Source: a virus
Lineage: Duplodnaviria > Caudoviricetes
DNA length: 64,000 bases
Strand: one strand, 5' to 3'
IMG/VR virus record: IMGVR_UViG_3300046678_000974
Location: 12,409-76,408 of that record
In this document: positions 1 through 10,207 of the stretch, piece after piece
Position numbering within the stretch: position 1 is the stretch's first letter
How the letters are laid out: every line of letters starts with the position of its first letter
Notes under the pieces: generated by a model
Seen by the model: the letters and a program-made list of their open reading frames with translations, nothing else
Database searches by the model: none
Told to the model about the DNA's origin: nothing
Made by a program: the position numbers and the translations under genes

Positions 1-1773
1 GCGGGGGCTAGCGGGGGCCTATTGGCTCGTGGCGCGAACGCTGCACAAGGCATTAAAGCGGCTGGCATGGGTGGCGTGGTCAATCGTGGTCTGATGGGTT
101 TCTTGATCACTGGGGTTGCTTCAGCGGCAGTGGACGGCATCACAGATGAGAACTCTGGTACCAATGAATTAATGAAGAATGCCTTGGAAGGTGCTGGTAT
201 CGGTTATGCTGTAGGTGGTCTGTGGGGTGCATTGATCGGTGCTTTAGCTGATGTCACTTTGAAAGCAGCGCATAAAGGTCTGACCAAGAGCATGATCGAG
301 AAAGACGATTATGCCAAACAGCATCCCGATGAAACCTTTGTCGATCCGATTAGTGGCATCGCCGTCACCGGTTTGAAGAACCGTGACGTGCATCCACCGG
401 CACCATTCAATCAAGCGGACGAGGATGTCCGCGAACACGCAGTACAAAATCGTATTGCAGGAACAACAGAGACGACTACCGCTGTTAGCGCTCGGGTGAA
501 TGCACCTCGTGTCTCGCGGATCACCCGATCACCCAATGATATGCGGCCAGAGCGTGGCACAGTGAAGCAGACTGATTTTGATAGTCCATTGGCACATCAG
601 CTTGCTGGTATCAATCAAACCCAACAGCAACAGCAGACGGCCAATGCCTTCCGTCAACAGGGCATCACGCCACAGACAATTCCAATGCCTGCTGGTGTAT
701 CAGAGATACCCGGTGTGGGCAAGCCGACAGGGCCGCTTATCCCCGCGATCAAGATCGATACCATGAACGTGGACACCTTGAATGTAAGGATGTTTGGTAG
801 CACAGGTGGTGGGGCTGGTGCAGGAAAAGGCGGAGGTGGTGGTGGTGTTTCAAGTGGAGCACCAATTGATGCTCAGAAAAATGGTACAGGTATTGCGCTT
901 ACTTCGGCACAAGGAGGATTGGCTGGACATACGATTGGTGGCAATTTGCCTGCCGGAGGATTTCATGGCGGTGGTCATAGTGGCGTTATGTCACCAGCCA
1001 CTGGGGGCGTTGGTTCGATTCCCACATCAAATGCGCCTGTCAAGCCACTATCCACTGCCGAACAGAAAAGATTGCAAAACGAATCGATGCAATTTTGGCA
1101 GACAGAAGGAGGTTTGAATAAACACCGAGCGGCTGGTATGACCGCACAGGAACGCGCTGAATCTGGATTTAATAAGAATGCGATTGGCGATAGTGGTTTA
1201 GCCAGAGGTTCTTTCCAATGGCATCCGGATCGGCAAAGGGCCATTCTGGCTGGCACCGGTATCGATGTGACCAGTCCGAATACAACTCATCTCCAAATGC
1301 TGCAAGCAGCGCATTGGGAAATGACAAAAGGTAAGGAACAAAAAGCATGGGCTGAAATTAATAAGACGAACACAGCACGGGAATCGGGCGCGGCAGGTTC
1401 GTTGTTCTACGAACGTCCGAGAGATCGGATTGGTGAGGCTAGTCGGCGTGGTGCTTTGGCGACATCGATTGAAAACGAGACACCGAATATGGGGGCACCA
1501 TTAGGTCTCGGTGCGACAACACCCATGGATCGAGATAAAGCGATGTCTTCGCCCAATATCCAAGGCCCACGAGTCAATCCTGAACAAGGTGATGTACCCG
1601 CGAACAATATGCATTTGACAATCCATAGTCCTAACTACTTGGATGGCGAACGTATCAGCGAGCATGTGGCGCATCATATCATTGGTGGTGGCCCTACTGC
1701 GATGGGTGGTTCGACGGCGTTTGATCCCAGAATGCATCCGATGGGGCCGGGAGCCTCGATTGGTAGGTTCTAA
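1..1773 (+). CDS. Tape measure protein, C-terminal part, with phage tail lysozyme (Phage_lysozyme2-like) domain; 5'-truncated
   Basis: Frame is open from base 1. Gly/Ala-rich body, then AAGMTAQERAESGFNKNAIGDSGLARGSFQWHPDRQ...SLFYERP, typical of tail lysozyme domains. Lies directly upstream of hub/spike genes. Confidence 0.8.
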   Translation, partial: AGASGGLLARGANAAQGIKAAGMGGVVNRGLMGFLITGVASAAVDGITDENSGTNELMKNALEGAGIGYAVGGLWGALIGALADVTLKAAHKGLTKSMIEKDDYAKQHPDETFVDPISGIAVTGLKNRDVHPPAPFNQADEDVREHAVQNRIAGTTETTTAVSARVNAPRVSRITRSPNDMRPERGTVKQTDFDSPLAHQLAGINQTQQQQQTANAFRQQGITPQTIPMPAGVSEIPGVGKPTGPLIPAIKIDTMNVDTLNVRMFGSTGGGAGAGKGGGGGGVSSGAPIDAQKNGTGIALTSAQGGLAGHTIGGNLPAGGFHGGGHSGVMSPATGGVGSIPTSNAPVKPLSTAEQKRLQNESMQFWQTEGGLNKHRAAGMTAQERAESGFNKNAIGDSGLARGSFQWHPDRQRAILAGTGIDVTSPNTTHLQMLQAAHWEMTKGKEQKAWAEINKTNTARESGAAGSLFYERPRDRIGEASRRGALATSIENETPNMGAPLGLGATTPMDRDKAMSSPNIQGPRVNPEQGDVPANNMHLTIHSPNYLDGERISEHVAHHIIGGGPTAMGGSTAFDPRMHPMGPGASIGRF

Positions 1774-1780
1774 ATAATCG

Positions 1781-2260
1781 ATGCCCCTCGTAACATCCCA
1801 ACCCGATCCGATTCTGGTGATCACTGGACCATCGGGTAGTATCACCTTCGGTGGCTTTGAAATCCCAGAGTTCATTCATGTGGGTGGGCCATTTCGGGCA
1901 ATCGTTCATAAGCAGCCGGGTGGCACAAGACAGATCGATTCGATGGGACCTGATCCTGATCCGATCAAATGGGATGGAATATTCCTCTCGGCTGATGGCT
2001 ATACACGCGCCCGTGCTTTGTATGCCATGTATGAAGCTGGTGATAAGGTCACAGTGAAATGGACTGGTTGGTCGCGGGATTGTGTAATCACTCACTTCAC
2101 GTTACGTTATAAAGCAAATAATTATGTTGAATATGCCATCGAATTGACCGAAGTGACTGTCATTCCAACCGGCGTGTTGATCGGTGTTGATCAATCGACT
2201 CTTCAAGGATTGCTGAAAGGTGCAAGCAATGTACCAAGCGGTGGTGGTGGTCTGGGATGA
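1781..2260 (+). CDS. Tail tube initiator-like protein (P2 gpU/Mu DNA-circulation N-terminal type)
   Basis: ITFGGFEIPE...HKQPGGTRQIDSMGPDPDPIKWDGIF...VTVKW pattern; position between tape measure and hub. Confidence 0.6.
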   Translation: MPLVTSQPDPILVITGPSGSITFGGFEIPEFIHVGGPFRAIVHKQPGGTRQIDSMGPDPDPIKWDGIFLSADGYTRARALYAMYEAGDKVTVKWTGWSRDCVITHFTLRYKANNYVEYAIELTEVTVIPTGVLIGVDQSTLQGLLKGASNVPSGGGGLG

Positions 2261-3498
2261 GTGGTAGTGCCAATGATTTTGCTCAACATAGCGATGTTTG
2301 GCGGCCTCGGTATCGTGTGCTCATCGGCAAAGGTGGTGTGCGGGCGCCGGGTGATGTAGCTGATATCGATGTTACTGCGATCACCCTATCGGTGATGACA
2401 CAAAAACAGAACTGGTATCAGGCTGATCGCCATAAAATTGTTTTGAGTTTGTGGGAGCAGCGTCAGTTTGGCTATTTCTTCTGGGCTGATTTCATCTCAA
2501 TGTCGGTACTTGTGGAGATAGGTTTCGAGAAAAACTTGACAACGGAAATGACTGAAGTGTTTCGTGGTTTTGTTGATAAAATAGCCATTGACGCAGTACG
2601 TGGTACGGTGACCTTGACAGGTCGTAATACCTTTCTGTTACTGACTGATGGTAAGGAAATCAGCTTCGATACCAACGCCACTATCAAAGAGATCATTGAA
2701 CGGGTGGCTAAGGAAACCAAAATCGAAGTCGATACCAGTCAAGTGAAAAAAGTTGACCTCGGTACAATGAAGGGTCGCTTCTGGCCAACCAATGAAGAAA
2801 AGGTGGATGGGCGGGATGGTCATAATGCTACGATGAACCCCAATGATATCTACTCGCAAATCTCGCGGGAGTACGGTGTGTTCTATTATGAAGATGGGGG
2901 CACCGTGTTTTTCAAGGACAATGATCTAGAGGGCACCGTTGGGTTTGTTGCGGTGGCACCTCAAGGCATCTATGAGGAACCGAGTGTTACTAAGCTGACA
3001 GCATCCAATTGTACCTCATTGGAGATTGAGCATAATCTGAATATCAGTCAATGGGACTGGTATGTGAATGCCACCAACTATGATCATGCTGGCGAAGCAG
3101 ACGGCAATCGCGCCCTGTATCCTGAAGGTAACAAAGATTCGCCTTTTGGGCGAGCGCATTATGCGCAGTCAGCTAATCGCCATCACGATGACAATGTAAA
3201 ACTGGCAAAATCGCAATTTGAAGAGTTCACGCTGCACGAATGGAGTCTGACAGCCAAATGTTCAGGCCCACAGATACTTGGATTAAAACTGAATAATCTG
3301 CTCAACATCGAAGGTACTGGTACCATCATTGATGGAGATTATGTGATTGATTCAATTGAACACCAACTTGATTTTCAACGTGGCTATGTTGGTACCGTGA
3401 AGGGTCGCTGGGGGGCTGGCATTGCTGGTCAGACTGGCGCGGGATTATCTGGGCCATCTGGCATTGGTGCTGATGTTCCTGGTGGAGCACCAACATAA
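2257..3498 (+). CDS. Baseplate hub / late control D-like protein
   Basis: 413 aa; VFRGFVDKIAIDAVRGTVTLTGR and C-terminal GDYVIDSIEHQLDFQRGY motifs; synteny. Confidence 0.7.
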   Translation: MSGSANDFAQHSDVWRPRYRVLIGKGGVRAPGDVADIDVTAITLSVMTQKQNWYQADRHKIVLSLWEQRQFGYFFWADFISMSVLVEIGFEKNLTTEMTEVFRGFVDKIAIDAVRGTVTLTGRNTFLLLTDGKEISFDTNATIKEIIERVAKETKIEVDTSQVKKVDLGTMKGRFWPTNEEKVDGRDGHNATMNPNDIYSQISREYGVFYYEDGGTVFFKDNDLEGTVGFVAVAPQGIYEEPSVTKLTASNCTSLEIEHNLNISQWDWYVNATNYDHAGEADGNRALYPEGNKDSPFGRAHYAQSANRHHDDNVKLAKSQFEEFTLHEWSLTAKCSGPQILGLKLNNLLNIEGTGTIIDGDYVIDSIEHQLDFQRGYVGTVKGRWGAGIAGQTGAGLSGPSGIGADVPGGAPT

Positions 3499-4217
3499 TG
3501 GCATTCGTTTCCGATCAGATCATCAATATGGTCAAACTTCATTCCAGTAAGATCAATGAATCTTATGGCTCGGTGAAGTATGCTCGTCTGAAAGAATATG
3601 ATCCTGAACATTGTATCGCTAAAGTTGCATGGTACGATCCCAATGAAGACAATTATGAAAAACTGATCTCTGGGTGGCTGCCGATCATTGTACCATTCAT
3701 CGGTAAAGGTGATGATACGCAAGCTGATGGTGGCGAGGCATGGGGATTTGTTGCACCGCCTAATATCGGCCAGCCAGTGGTTGTGCTTAGCCAACATGGT
3801 GATTTCAATAATGGTTTGATCATCGGTGGTAGCTATTCGAGCAAATCACCGGTACCTAAAGTTGATGGCAAAGCGACTGAGGATGGTGAGTTCCTCATCA
3901 TGCACAAAAAAGGTAGCTACATCAAACTTTGGAATGATGGCGATATCTCTATATTCACAAAGCATGATTTGAACTTACACATTGATCATAATGGTAATGT
4001 CCATATCCTCGGTGATCTCAATGCAGCCATAGATGGCCAAGTGGCAGTAGCAGGCGGCAAATCAGTGTTAATCTCAGCCAAATCACAAATCGCTCTGGAT
4101 GCTCCAGTGGTCAATGTCAGCAAAACACTCACCGTTGGTAATGGAGCAACCGGACAATTTGAGACTAACGGAACTGTCGTGACCGTGGAGAACGGCATCG
4201 TGACCAATATAATCTAG
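3498..4217 (+). CDS. Baseplate central spike (gpV-like)
   Basis: OB-fold-like N-terminus (SGWLP...WGFVAPPNIGQPVVVLSQHGDFNNGLIIGG) followed by beta-helix repeats; coupled to the hub gene. Confidence 0.8.
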   Translation: MAFVSDQIINMVKLHSSKINESYGSVKYARLKEYDPEHCIAKVAWYDPNEDNYEKLISGWLPIIVPFIGKGDDTQADGGEAWGFVAPPNIGQPVVVLSQHGDFNNGLIIGGSYSSKSPVPKVDGKATEDGEFLIMHKKGSYIKLWNDGDISIFTKHDLNLHIDHNGNVHILGDLNAAIDGQVAVAGGKSVLISAKSQIALDAPVVNVSKTLTVGNGATGQFETNGTVVTVENGIVTNII

Positions 4218-4227
4218 GATAAGAACT

Positions 4228-4785
4228 ATGCCTCTCATTCAAGCCGATCAAACAGCCATTGCAAACGTCAGTGGCGGCCTCTGTAACCTGCATCTCGATG
4301 CAAGTTTCGGCCTATCAGCAATCCTTAATCTCGTCCATTTTCAGAACTTTCATAGTGCCATCAGCAATGCTACATGCTGTGATCTAGTCACATTGATCCC
4401 ACAATCACTGAATACCATCTTGTCTGAGATCAATGGCATTCTAGCCAATATCGATTCAATTGTACCAATGACCGGTTTACTCCATGTCCCCACCAACTTG
4501 ATTGGTGTGATCAAATGGATCGCCAGTTTCGTTCAAATATTCATTGGACCATTCCTTGTAGCATTGCTAAAGAAAATTGCAATGTTAGGTGGTGTCATTG
4601 GTGAAGTAACTACATTGGCCGGTGCGATTGAACATGCTCTATCCGATCTGGGTGGATGCGCCGAATCCTTCTTGCCGAAGGTGAGTCTGAATGTTGCGCC
4701 TCTCAATGTCACCCTACCGGGCGGACAGACCATCGGACATAATGGCTTCAATCTTAACATCGCAGGAACACAGGCAACAACCTAA
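4228..4785 (+). CDS. Hypothetical protein (hydrophobic, tail region)
   Basis: 185-aa ORF continuing the operon. Confidence 0.55.
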   Translation: MPLIQADQTAIANVSGGLCNLHLDASFGLSAILNLVHFQNFHSAISNATCCDLVTLIPQSLNTILSEINGILANIDSIVPMTGLLHVPTNLIGVIKWIASFVQIFIGPFLVALLKKIAMLGGVIGEVTTLAGAIEHALSDLGGCAESFLPKVSLNVAPLNVTLPGGQTIGHNGFNLNIAGTQATT

Positions 4786-5072
4786 TGAGCAGTACAGTCC
4801 CTCCATCAGTAGATGTCATCCAATCGCAACAGATTGCCACCCTAATCGCACAGACTGCTGCGCTACAAACGGCGGTAGCATCTGCCACAGCATCAGCATC
4901 TGAGATAGCAGCTTTATCTGCCAAAATCGACGCATTACAAAGTCAAGTCGATGATATCAATCATCAATTGGACGTGGGACCACCGAAGTTCGGTGTGTGG
5001 GAGATATCAGGGGCTGGTGATTCCGTAGGAGAGATCAATTCAGTGATTGATAATATTCTAAAACAACCTTGA
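4785..5072 (+). CDS. Hypothetical coiled-coil protein
   Basis: TAATG overlap with upstream stop; heptad-like IAALSAKIDALQSQVDDI. Confidence 0.55.
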   Translation: MSSTVPPSVDVIQSQQIATLIAQTAALQTAVASATASASEIAALSAKIDALQSQVDDINHQLDVGPPKFGVWEISGAGDSVGEINSVIDNILKQP

Positions 5073-5128
5073 TTTATAATTATGGCATCACCCAAATTAG
5101 CACTAAATGCCACTGACTAAGGTACATC

Positions 5129-5380
5129 ATGATCACGCAAGAAGTCTATGAGCAGACCTCAATCAATGCACTATCCAAGATTAGAGCAATATTGCATCAG
5201 GCTGAACAAGTTCATCCCGACATCCCCATGTCGATAATGGTCTCGCTATTGGCTGACGTATCCTTGTTGAATGAATCGCCTGAGACATTCGAGGAAGAAC
5301 TGCTAAACTCAATTAGACAATGTCGAACATTGCGATATGATATGATCTGTAATGAGGCTAGCTCATCAATTCATCATTGA
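5129..5380 (+). CDS. Hypothetical protein
   Basis: 83 aa, AAGG RBS upstream. Confidence 0.5.
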   Translation: MITQEVYEQTSINALSKIRAILHQAEQVHPDIPMSIMVSLLADVSLLNESPETFEEELLNSIRQCRTLRYDMICNEASSSIHH

Positions 5381-5541
5381 GTCGATCGCAGCCATACTGC
5401 CCTCGCACTATGCAAGGACCAAAATGGACACCGCTTACGCCGGGTAGGATTGCCAATCTCTGGATTCTTACGCAAACAACGGAAAAACAGCTTCATTGCT
5501 GAAGGACGTCTCCGAACAAACGGCGGCAACGGATAGATCAT
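5374..5541 (-). CDS. Possible small basic protein (55 aa)
   Basis: ATGA overlap with the stop of the upstream minus-strand gene; MIYPLPPFVRRRPS...; not in the ORF track. Confidence 0.3.
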   Translation of the reverse strand: MIYPLPPFVRRRPSAMKLFFRCLRKNPEIGNPTRRKRCPFWSLHSARAVWLRSTQ

Positions 5542-5864
5542 AGCTCAGCGACTGGTAACAATACCGTTCGTTGAATGACGGCACCCACATTGGTGACGAC
5601 CGTATAGACTATCTCATAAACTTGGCCATCCACACCGCCATTGATATAGGCGGAGAGTATCGTTGGCAACACACGATTGCCACTGATCACTGGTGTTTCG
5701 ATGGTCAGATCAGAATTGTCACAAGTCACGGTAAAGCTGGTGATGGTCTGCGCATGAGGCTGTGAGACATTGCGTTGGAACTCTTGCGCCAAGCCGAAGT
5801 CGAACCCAAAGGATCGCCGCTCGCTTGGAGTTTTTCCTATAAACAAATAAGGGACAGCCGTCAT
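5538..5864 (-). CDS. Phage fibre-tail adaptor-like protein
   Basis: KTPSERRSFGFDF...SAYINGGVDGQVYEIVYTVVTNVGAVIQRTVLLPV matches the usual pattern of this small family. Confidence 0.6.
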   Translation of the reverse strand: MTAVPYLFIGKTPSERRSFGFDFGLAQEFQRNVSQPHAQTITSFTVTCDNSDLTIETPVISGNRVLPTILSAYINGGVDGQVYEIVYTVVTNVGAVIQRTVLLPVAEL

Positions 5865-7903
5865 GTCAGCATCAACTCTTCCACTCGTAGATCAACGAGT
5901 TCATCATCGTCTATGGGATTTATCGTCTCAAAGCCGACAGCTTGATCACTGAACCGCAGTCCTACTACCAATGGCTCATCACGCATCGCGACAATAATAT
6001 CTGGTCCTCTCCATCGGGTGGTGACTGCCATAGCTGCGACAAGATTGATAGTGAATGTCGCCTGCATCGTCGTATTGGCGATCATCGTCACCATCGCGAT
6101 CGACGGCAGCGTCAATGTGATATCGAGCGACTGCTGAATACCCAGCCCCGCAGAGAACTCAAACGGCGGTAATGTCAGGGTGATCGATAGCGGATTGGTA
6201 AGAGTGACATCAATCGTCCCAGTCTCAGCAACACTATCAACCGCTACAAGATTAATGGTTTTGGCCGAGGTTGCGGTTAGCTGATTTGCTGATCCGGCAC
6301 TGGTAGTTGCAGGGATGGTTAGATCGAGTTGCTTCCCAACCGTGTTGGCTATACCACTGGTATTGGTTCCGGTAAGCGGTGGAGTAACAGCACCGATGAG
6401 ATTGCCCAACGCAAGCGAACTGCTGGATGCTGGAATAGCGAAACTGAGATCAAAGCTGAAGGCACCGATATTTGCTGCGCTACTGACACTGGAGAGCGAG
6501 ACAAATTGCCCACTGACAACAGAGAGAGTGCCTACAGCACCGGTGCTTGAAACGCCGGTAATCGATTGATCATGATCAATCTCAAAGGTAAATGTTCCGA
6601 TTGCCCCAGATGCATTCACGCCGGTTAGCGCAAGCTGTGCTTCGATCGATGCGGTGGCTGCAACACCTGTTCCAGTCGCACTGGCGGGCTGGATAAGGAT
6701 GGCTGTGGTAACACTGCCGATATTGCTACTGGTTGTGGTACCAGCAATGTCATGATCAATCTCGATTACGAGTGATCCAACGACTCCTGCACTTGTGACT
6801 GAATCGGCAACCACATTGGTGGTCGAGGAGGTATTGACTGCGAGCGTACCAAGTACACCGGGACTGGCAACGGCTGGAATTGCAATCGAAGATGAGGCAC
6901 TGATCGTCGGTGTACCGACACCACCGGTGCCAACAACTCCTACAATATCATGATCAACTTCGACTGAAGTGGTGCCGATGCCACTTGTGCTGGCGGTACT
7001 GGGAATAGCCAGATCGATTTCAATCGATGGCGTTCCGGCATTGCCTGTACCAGCATTACCAGTAACTCCATAGTCGATCTCTACTACGACTGTGCCAATG
7101 ACACCATTACTGGAAACACCAATAACCGATCCGGTATCATCGACCTCGATGGTCGGGGTTCCAACAGCGCCAGTACCGGCAGTACCAGTGGCAGAACGAT
7201 CGATCTCGATTATGACTGTACCAATGGCACCACTACTAGAGACGCCGATTGGTGAAGCAGTATCATCGACCTCGATAGTTGGCGTACCTACGCCGCCGGT
7301 TCCTGTAACCCCTGTGACGCCATGATCAACTTCGACTATGACTGTACCAATGGCGCCGCTACTAGAGACGCCGGTTGGTGAAGCAGTATCATCGACCTCG
7401 ATGGTCGGGGTTCCAACAGCGCCATTACCGGCAGCGCCAGTGACAGAACGATCTATTTCAATAACCGGTGAGCCGGTACCACTGATTCCAGTGACACCGG
7501 TAACGCTATGGTCTATTTCGGTATGAGTTGTGCCTACACCACCGGTGCCCGCAACTCCTGTAGCACCACGGTCGATCTCGATAACAGGTGTACCAGTCCC
7601 ACCGGAACCTGCGACACCGGTTACAGAATGATCGATTTTAGTCGATGGTGATCCTACGCCACTACTACCAGCGACGCCAGTAACGCCATGATCGATTTCA
7701 GTATGGGGGGTGCCAACGCCGCTGGTGCCAAATACACCGCTTGGAAGAGAAGTGATCTGTGCAATTGTTGAACCAACGCCACTGGTACCAACAACGCCAG
7801 TAGGCGAACCACTACCATCAAACCCTGCGGGTGCGTATGATTTGTATTTCTTTTGAGGGCGACGCCACAGGCGGCGGAAGACCCCCGTGCTGGATGTCGC
7901 CAT
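5861..7903 (-). CDS. Repeat-rich fibre protein (19-21-aa TGVxGxGxVGTPxIEID repeats)
   Basis: 680 aa, roughly 20 degenerate Thr/Gly/Val repeats. Confidence 0.65.
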   Translation of the reverse strand: MATSSTGVFRRLWRRPQKKYKSYAPAGFDGSGSPTGVVGTSGVGSTIAQITSLPSGVFGTSGVGTPHTEIDHGVTGVAGSSGVGSPSTKIDHSVTGVAGSGGTGTPVIEIDRGATGVAGTGGVGTTHTEIDHSVTGVTGISGTGSPVIEIDRSVTGAAGNGAVGTPTIEVDDTASPTGVSSSGAIGTVIVEVDHGVTGVTGTGGVGTPTIEVDDTASPIGVSSSGAIGTVIIEIDRSATGTAGTGAVGTPTIEVDDTGSVIGVSSNGVIGTVVVEIDYGVTGNAGTGNAGTPSIEIDLAIPSTASTSGIGTTSVEVDHDIVGVVGTGGVGTPTISASSSIAIPAVASPGVLGTLAVNTSSTTNVVADSVTSAGVVGSLVIEIDHDIAGTTTSSNIGSVTTAILIQPASATGTGVAATASIEAQLALTGVNASGAIGTFTFEIDHDQSITGVSSTGAVGTLSVVSGQFVSLSSVSSAANIGAFSFDLSFAIPASSSSLALGNLIGAVTPPLTGTNTSGIANTVGKQLDLTIPATTSAGSANQLTATSAKTINLVAVDSVAETGTIDVTLTNPLSITLTLPPFEFSAGLGIQQSLDITLTLPSIAMVTMIANTTMQATFTINLVAAMAVTTRWRGPDIIVAMRDEPLVVGLRFSDQAVGFETINPIDDDELVDLRVEELMLT
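7090..7720 (-). repeat. Intragenic tandem coding repeats (57/63-bp units)
   Basis: Near-identical blocks such as gtatcatcgacctcgatggtcggggttccaacagcgcca at ~7135 and ~7386. Confidence 0.8.
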
Positions 7904-7918
7904 TTGTTACACCTTAGT

Positions 7919-8392
7919 TTACGTGTTTTCCGAGAAAACCAAATAGCCATCCATGGTTGTTGCGCTACCGGGTGCGGTTTCCAAGCCGACGATCAATCCT
8001 TCAGAGACAGCAAAACTAGGTCTCCATTCAGGTGCTGGCACGAACAATAGTCCATTAAGGACATTCCAACCCCAAGAGAATAGGGTGACATTGGTACCAT
8101 TGGTGGTGGCTCGCGCGGTATTATTCAGTCCTACGGTTGCCATACTACAAGTGCTATCGGTTGATGTCAGAGCAACAGGCGTTTGGTTGACCGAACCGCC
8201 TGATCCGAGGGTGACGGTGGCACCAAATCGCTTGATGATGACACGTAGCTCAGCCGGTGCGGTTGAACTCTCTGAATTGAGTTCGAATTGGTGCAACGTG
8301 ATGCCGATCGAGGTGCCGATTTTGAACGCGAACAGGTCTTGTGCGGCAGAGACAGACACATTGTTGAATTGGATACTATAGTACCGGGCCAT
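7919..8392 (-). CDS. Hypothetical virion protein
   Basis: Start moved to MARYYSIQF (ATG at 8392, AAGGA RBS); beta-rich sequence. Confidence 0.65.
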   Translation of the reverse strand: MARYYSIQFNNVSVSAAQDLFAFKIGTSIGITLHQFELNSESSTAPAELRVIIKRFGATVTLGSGGSVNQTPVALTSTDSTCSMATVGLNNTARATTNGTNVTLFSWGWNVLNGLLFVPAPEWRPSFAVSEGLIVGLETAPGSATTMDGYLVFSENT

Positions 8393-8412
8393 GGATGATT
8401 CCTTCGTGATAT

Positions 8413-9690
8413 TTACCGGAGCAACATGGGGCGTTGTTTCCATGGCTTGAGTATTGGGCCATATGATACGCTGGTATACGTGATTCGCACCTGACCCCTT
8501 CCGCCTGCCGAACCGTTATTAGTAGTTGTTGCTGCACCTCCGCCACCTCCTGGTGCACCTGCGGCACCCGGACTGACCGCTGCGGTTGCTCCACCCCCAC
8601 CTTCGACATTGGATACACCAGCCGCACCGCCAGAACCGGCATCGCCAGTCCCACCAGTACCGGTTGTGGCAGTTGTACCGGCCCCATCCTTACCTGCCGC
8701 ACCGCCACCACCACCTCCAGCGGTACGGGTCGCTCCTCCACCACCAGCATTCTTGGCGACATTACCGATGGATGTCGCAGTTGCTCCACCAACGCCTCCG
8801 GTAACTCCCGATGTCGCGCCTCCGCCTCTTGCCAAAACGTAACAAGCACTCGACTTCCAGAAGCTAGCACTACCGGCAGCTTCAAATTGAGTACCGGCGA
8901 TGCGGAAAGTAATGTCTATTGCCGCGCCATTCGTCACAGCAAATCCCATGCTTATGTTGACATTGGCATTTGTGGTTGTTGCGCCGGTGCATGAGGGTGT
9001 GCGAGTAAGTGTTGTGGTCCAAGTAAAATTGGCAAATCCAATACCAGCGAAACTAACACCATCAATGAACTGAAGAAATGGAGTAGCAATATTAGTCAAG
9101 CCTGTGCCAACATTGTCTCGATAGCAAGTGTAAAAGCTCTCGAAATAAGTTGTTGACGTCGCTATACCGCTGGTAAGACCGATTGCAAAGAATAGATTAA
9201 CGTTACCGCTGGCTCCCGGTGTTCCGTTAACACGGAGATCGACATAGGGGAACCCGCTATTCAAATCAGTACCAAATCCAACGACTGATGTAGTCAATCC
9301 AGCAGGATTACCGCTATATGACCAACCAGTCGGTAGGGTACCAGGAGTACCGACAACTGCACCGGTGTTGATTGAGTTTGGAAAGAGATTGATATTATTG
9401 GTACTGAAGCTAGTATCGGTACCAGCCGTGCTATTCGCCGCACCTGTACCAGCCGATCCAGTATTCTGAGTGAAACTTATTCCGCTTGCGACATCATGGG
9501 GCGTGACCGTGTACAAACTCTTGGCCCATGCCCCACCCGCACCTCCGGCCCGGAATGATGTGCTCGATCCACTACCGCCCGATCCGGCTCCCCAACATTC
9601 CACAGTCAAAACAGTACCGACTGGGGCATCTGATGGAACTGTCCAAGTCTGTGGCGAACCGGATGTTGTTGTGAGTGTGACGACTGGCAT
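8413..9690 (-). CDS. Glycine-rich fibre protein with inserted carbohydrate-binding-like domain
   Basis: TWTVP...TVECWGAGSGGSG N-terminus, Gly-rich C-terminus ending GRGQVRITY; internal NLFPNS...IAGTQFEAG segment. Confidence 0.65.
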   Translation of the reverse strand: MPVVTLTTTSGSPQTWTVPSDAPVGTVLTVECWGAGSGGSGSSTSFRAGGAGGAWAKSLYTVTPHDVASGISFTQNTGSAGTGAANSTAGTDTSFSTNNINLFPNSINTGAVVGTPGTLPTGWSYSGNPAGLTTSVVGFGTDLNSGFPYVDLRVNGTPGASGNVNLFFAIGLTSGIATSTTYFESFYTCYRDNVGTGLTNIATPFLQFIDGVSFAGIGFANFTWTTTLTRTPSCTGATTTNANVNISMGFAVTNGAAIDITFRIAGTQFEAAGSASFWKSSACYVLARGGGATSGVTGGVGGATATSIGNVAKNAGGGGATRTAGGGGGGAAGKDGAGTTATTGTGGTGDAGSGGAAGVSNVEGGGGATAAVSPGAAGAPGGGGGAATTTNNGSAGGRGQVRITYTSVSYGPILKPWKQRPMLLR

Positions 9691-9732
9691 GCTGATATTT
9701 ACCCCTGAAGGTAAATATGATCATGAGCAGGG

Positions 9733-10173
9733 GTGAATATGGCTATGAAGATAAGCAAAAACGGCATCAATTTTATTCAAACCTTCGAGGGTGTTCGATA
9801 TGAAGCCTATCAGGATTCAATTGGCGTTTGGACTATAGGCTATGGCCATACGGCTGATGTCTATGAGGGTATGAGCATTACTCCCGAACAAGCCACACAA
9901 TATCTGGCTGATGATCTCTGCAAGTTTGAAGGCTATGTTGATAGCTATGTCACGGTACCATTGACACAGAACCAGTTTGATGCACTCGTCTCGTTTTGCT
10001 ATAATCTTGGCGGAGGCAACTTACACAAATCTGATGTATTGTCGTTGCTGAACTCTGGTCAATATGATCAAGCGGCAGATGCCATTTTGGAATGGGATCA
10101 CGCTGGTGGTAGGGAACTGCCCGGACTTACTCGGCGTCGCAGAGCCGAACGCGATCTCTTTTTAGCGCAATAG
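9733..10173 (+). CDS. Phage lysozyme/endolysin (GH24)
   Basis: FEGVRYEAYQDSIGVWTIGYGHT catalytic E-D-T motif; LTQNQFDALVSFCYNLG; GLTRRRRAERDLF. Confidence 0.95.
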   Translation: MNMAMKISKNGINFIQTFEGVRYEAYQDSIGVWTIGYGHTADVYEGMSITPEQATQYLADDLCKFEGYVDSYVTVPLTQNQFDALVSFCYNLGGGNLHKSDVLSLLNSGQYDQAADAILEWDHAGGRELPGLTRRRRAERDLFLAQ

Positions 10174-10176
10174 TAG

Positions 10177-10207
10177 TAACACCAGCCCAATTATGGGACT
10201 GGTGTTA
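10177..10207. terminator. Hairpin between convergent genes
   Basis: taacaccag-ccca...tggg-a-ctggtgtta stem. Confidence 0.55.

Noticed and set aside
3900-4300. Apparent G-rich to C-rich switch as a replication terminus
   Set aside because: Spot counts at ~15 kb are G-rich again, so the pattern is not consistent without a computed skew plot.
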